Part shown: positions 60,901 to 64,000 of the stretch, piece by piece | How positions within the stretch are numbered: position 1 is the first letter of the stretch | Layout of the letters: each line of letters opens with the position of its first letter | Source: Azolla caroliniana | Taxonomy: Eukaryota > Plantae > Polypodiophyta | Direction: 5' to 3' | Assembly (NCBI GenBank): GCA_043228905.1 | Contig: JBHGNT010000012.1 | Span: 18,228,001-18,292,000, forward strand | Length of the DNA: 64,000 nucleotides | The notes under the pieces: model-generated | Database searches by the model: none | What the model saw: only the letters and a program-made list of their open reading frames with translations | What the model was told of the DNA's origin: nothing | Translations under genes and position numbers: made by a program

Positions 60901-61842
60901 TAGTCTATGAAGATGTAGTAACAAGAAAAACAAATGCTGATTAGTTTTCCATCATAATTGAAGTGTTATGGTGTCTACTTTGGCCTCAAAAAGTGTAATA
61001 AGCTAAATGAATTAAAAAGGTGGCAAAAAGGTTGGGTCTCATATGTGAACGGATCAATGCATTCAAGATTTTAAAGAGTCACACCATGCTTCTTGTGACG
61101 ATTTCATTAATTGCGCAAACATCACACTTTTAGGTTAGGTGATATGTCTGTAACATGGTACATGATTGTTTGATAAGGTCGTCTTTATTTTTAACTCCAA
61201 CTACATGGATCTCAATACATTTAAATCTCTAGAGGTGTAACTGAGAAACTTTGAACAACACAATGGACCTAATGGAATTTAAATCACCTAGTTTTGTTTT
61301 TAAAAAAGAGTTGGCCAATTATGGTTGAATCTAAGGTGGATACAAAAGTGAATTTATCTCATTTCGTCCTAGTATCGAAATAGTTCCATGATTGAAGCCA
61401 TGACAGTTGTCAGTTGGATTGATCGAATCTCTATTTACAAATATTTCTCATCATACTTATTAGGATATGTGAATGTTCAATGGACTCTCTATAACTTTCG
61501 GGGCTATATTTGGTTGAGTCTCCCCACGCACAAGGCTTTTCGGTGGTTGATAGTAGGTCTACACATTTATGAGTTGTTGTGTTGTTGCGATTGTTTCATT
61601 CCTTCAATCCATGGAAACTTTTAGAAAAAATTGAAATCATTAGTTTTAGTCCAAATGTTTTAAATATTGAACACCACATTGACGAATTTATTTTGAGTTT
61701 ACTAGATTACACATGAATATGACATCCAAAGTATAAGCTTCATTTAAAAACCAAACAATGAAAGTAAAATCTAATACATTATTTGTCCTCTTTTATGTCT
61801 TTGGTGATAAAAAAGCAAATCTGAATGTCATTCTCTTGGTGC

Positions 61843-61845
<3 letters not shown>

Positions 61846-61908
<63 letters not shown>
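61846..61908. repeat. (GA)n microsatellite
   Basis: About 31 GA units. Confidence 0.98.
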
Positions 61909-61909
<1 letters not shown>

Positions 61910-64000
61910 ACTTTCATGAATTCTCCATTCACATGCACATTATTATGCAAGGGAAAATCGGAAAACAGCTAAAATTTTTAGAACAGTTAGAGACTAACTC
62001 AAATATTGTTCATATTTGAAAAAGAATGCTTTATGATCACTTCAATAGTTACGGAAGGTAAAATTTGTGAACCCAATGGATATCTTCAACACGTTCCATC
62101 TATCCGCGGTTGAATAAATACATTGATCCATCAATAAGGAAAAAACTACACAGTCTCTCAAAAAGATCATATCTGAGGGTTTGCATATATACACATAGCA
62201 TTAATAATACTTCCTTGTGTTCATCTCACAAATTTTAAAACCATAAGAGCATGTGGTTACGGTGTAAAAACTAATTTTCTAAAATGATGGGGCTTCTTTA
62301 ATATTGGTTCAACGAGGTGTGAATGTGCAATGAATATAGTCTAATATATATAGATATTTATATGTATTGCTTCTAAGGTGGACCAATTGCCATTATAGCA
62401 TTGCTATGTACAGGATGAAAGCCGAATTATTTTCGATTTTCGATTTTCGATTTTACTCCAATAAGTAGTCTTTGCTTAGCTGGTCCCCACATCGAGACAA
62501 ATTGTCAATGTACCATTGGACATTGTGTTTGTTTTTGTCTTCAATCTTAGATACTCCTTACCTGTCACCACTGGCAATGTTGTTATTCGTTTTCATGTTC
62601 TTAACATCAATATATCTTAGCATTGGAACGAGTAGATAGACTTTATTGGCTTACCTACACATTGTATGAGATTTATGAGGTGAAATGTATGTTGTCACTA
62701 TAAACAAGCGGGTAGGTGAAAACACAAAACATAAAGGAACTTCTTTAATATGTTATATAAGAAACTTTATACTTTTTGTTTATAGATGCACGATGATAGT
62801 TTTAATCAAATCCTAAAACCTCGAAACATCTAAATATGATGATTTGGATGCAATAAGGGTTGATGTTGTGTTCATTATAAAAACTCTTCATAATCTAAGT
62901 TTTAGATCATGTACAAAGACAAATATACAAAGGTTTTGCAAAGTTAAATTTGTCTTGTTTTCATACATCAAGAAAGAGTGAAAACGATAACATAGCCCAA
63001 ATGAATGGGAAGTGGAAATATACTTCTCACTAATCATGTCTATTTTATGCATTGCTAAACGTAAGTACTTGTAAAGTTGTATGTGGTATCTTTGATTTGA
63101 TAAAGTAAGGTGTTCTCATGCACTTTCATGCCTGCTATCAATGTAGCTAAGCTACTTATATTCTTATCATTGCAAGTGTTATATAATCATAATTCATATG
63201 TTATGAAAGCATGCACCTATACCATCAATCAAGTACAAGTGTGGAATTATCTCGAAATTGTGCTCTTGAAGTAATGACCAACATAATGATGCTCACATGT
63301 GAAATTTAGAAAATTGTCCTCAAATCATCTTAATCCAAGGATGTGACCAATAAGGAACATTAGATTTCTAGTATGGTTAACCCTCGAACATGTTTGGGCT
63401 AGTACAATTGTTTGGACGACGTGTGCTTTTATCAATTTATGTTATTATTGTGGTTTGATGTTAATCTCGATGGTACTTAAGGTTGATTTTATCCTAGGCA
63501 ACTTTGGTACTAAATGAGAACAAATGTAATTGCAAGAAATGTTTAAAGAATTAAATTTTACAAATACTCTCAACACTTACTATTACAAGCACCAAGAGAT
63601 GGTTAGATTACAAACAGTGTGACAAAATGTGAACTGTGAAATAAACTAGGGCTGGCCACATATGAAACTACCAAATGGGGTCAAACATGGTGTAAACAAG
63701 GAAAGACAATCATCAATGCTATTGAATGATGTGACTGCATCGTCAAGCTATTAGGATCAATCTAGAGAAGTGAAATGTGGTACAAATTAGGATATGGCAT
63801 TCACAATATAAATGAGGTTGTGCCATTGATTCAATTCCATGACACTACGACTCACAAACCATATTAAAAATTGGGTCATTGTGGAGACGTGAATGAAGAT
63901 TCATACAAGGATTGATCATTCACAATGTTACAACAATAAGAACAATCAAGAGAGCGTCAATCACAGTCAAAGATAATGAGTGATATAGGTTCAATCCCAC

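Noticed and set aside
58300-64000. Host gene exons, for example ORF 59503-59742
   Set aside because: Short AT-rich ORFs with no recognisable domain or exon chain; small exons cannot be excluded without RNA-seq

Overview
Eukaryotic, plant-type repeat DNA; a bryophyte or other early land plant is inferred from the element types, not proven. No host gene is recognisable. Bases 1-52,200 are a deeply nested retrotransposon cluster of two Ty1/Copia groups (tRNA-iMet PBS) and several families of a non-chromovirus Ty3/Gypsy group (TGTCG..CGACA LTR ends, tRNA-Trp PBS, DHG protease, FLDD RT; Phygy-like by inference). It also holds a solo LTR, a pol-less Gypsy derivative, a TIR DNA transposon and a foldback element. 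I label the elements A-L. Bases 52,200-64,000 are AT-rich with decayed LINE fragments and simple repeats. Main highlights: (1) a conserved -1 frameshift signal (G_GAU_UUU plus a covarying pseudoknot) between Gag-PR and RT in five Gypsy copies; (2) CpG-centred 4-bp target duplications for this Gypsy group; (3) a tRNA-like Pol III cassette inside a Gypsy LTR; (4) a covarying hairpin before the PPT that is kept in the pol-less element; (5) two LTRs of one insertion with different satellite arrays; (6) nesting of up to nine inferred levels. All comparisons were made by eye.
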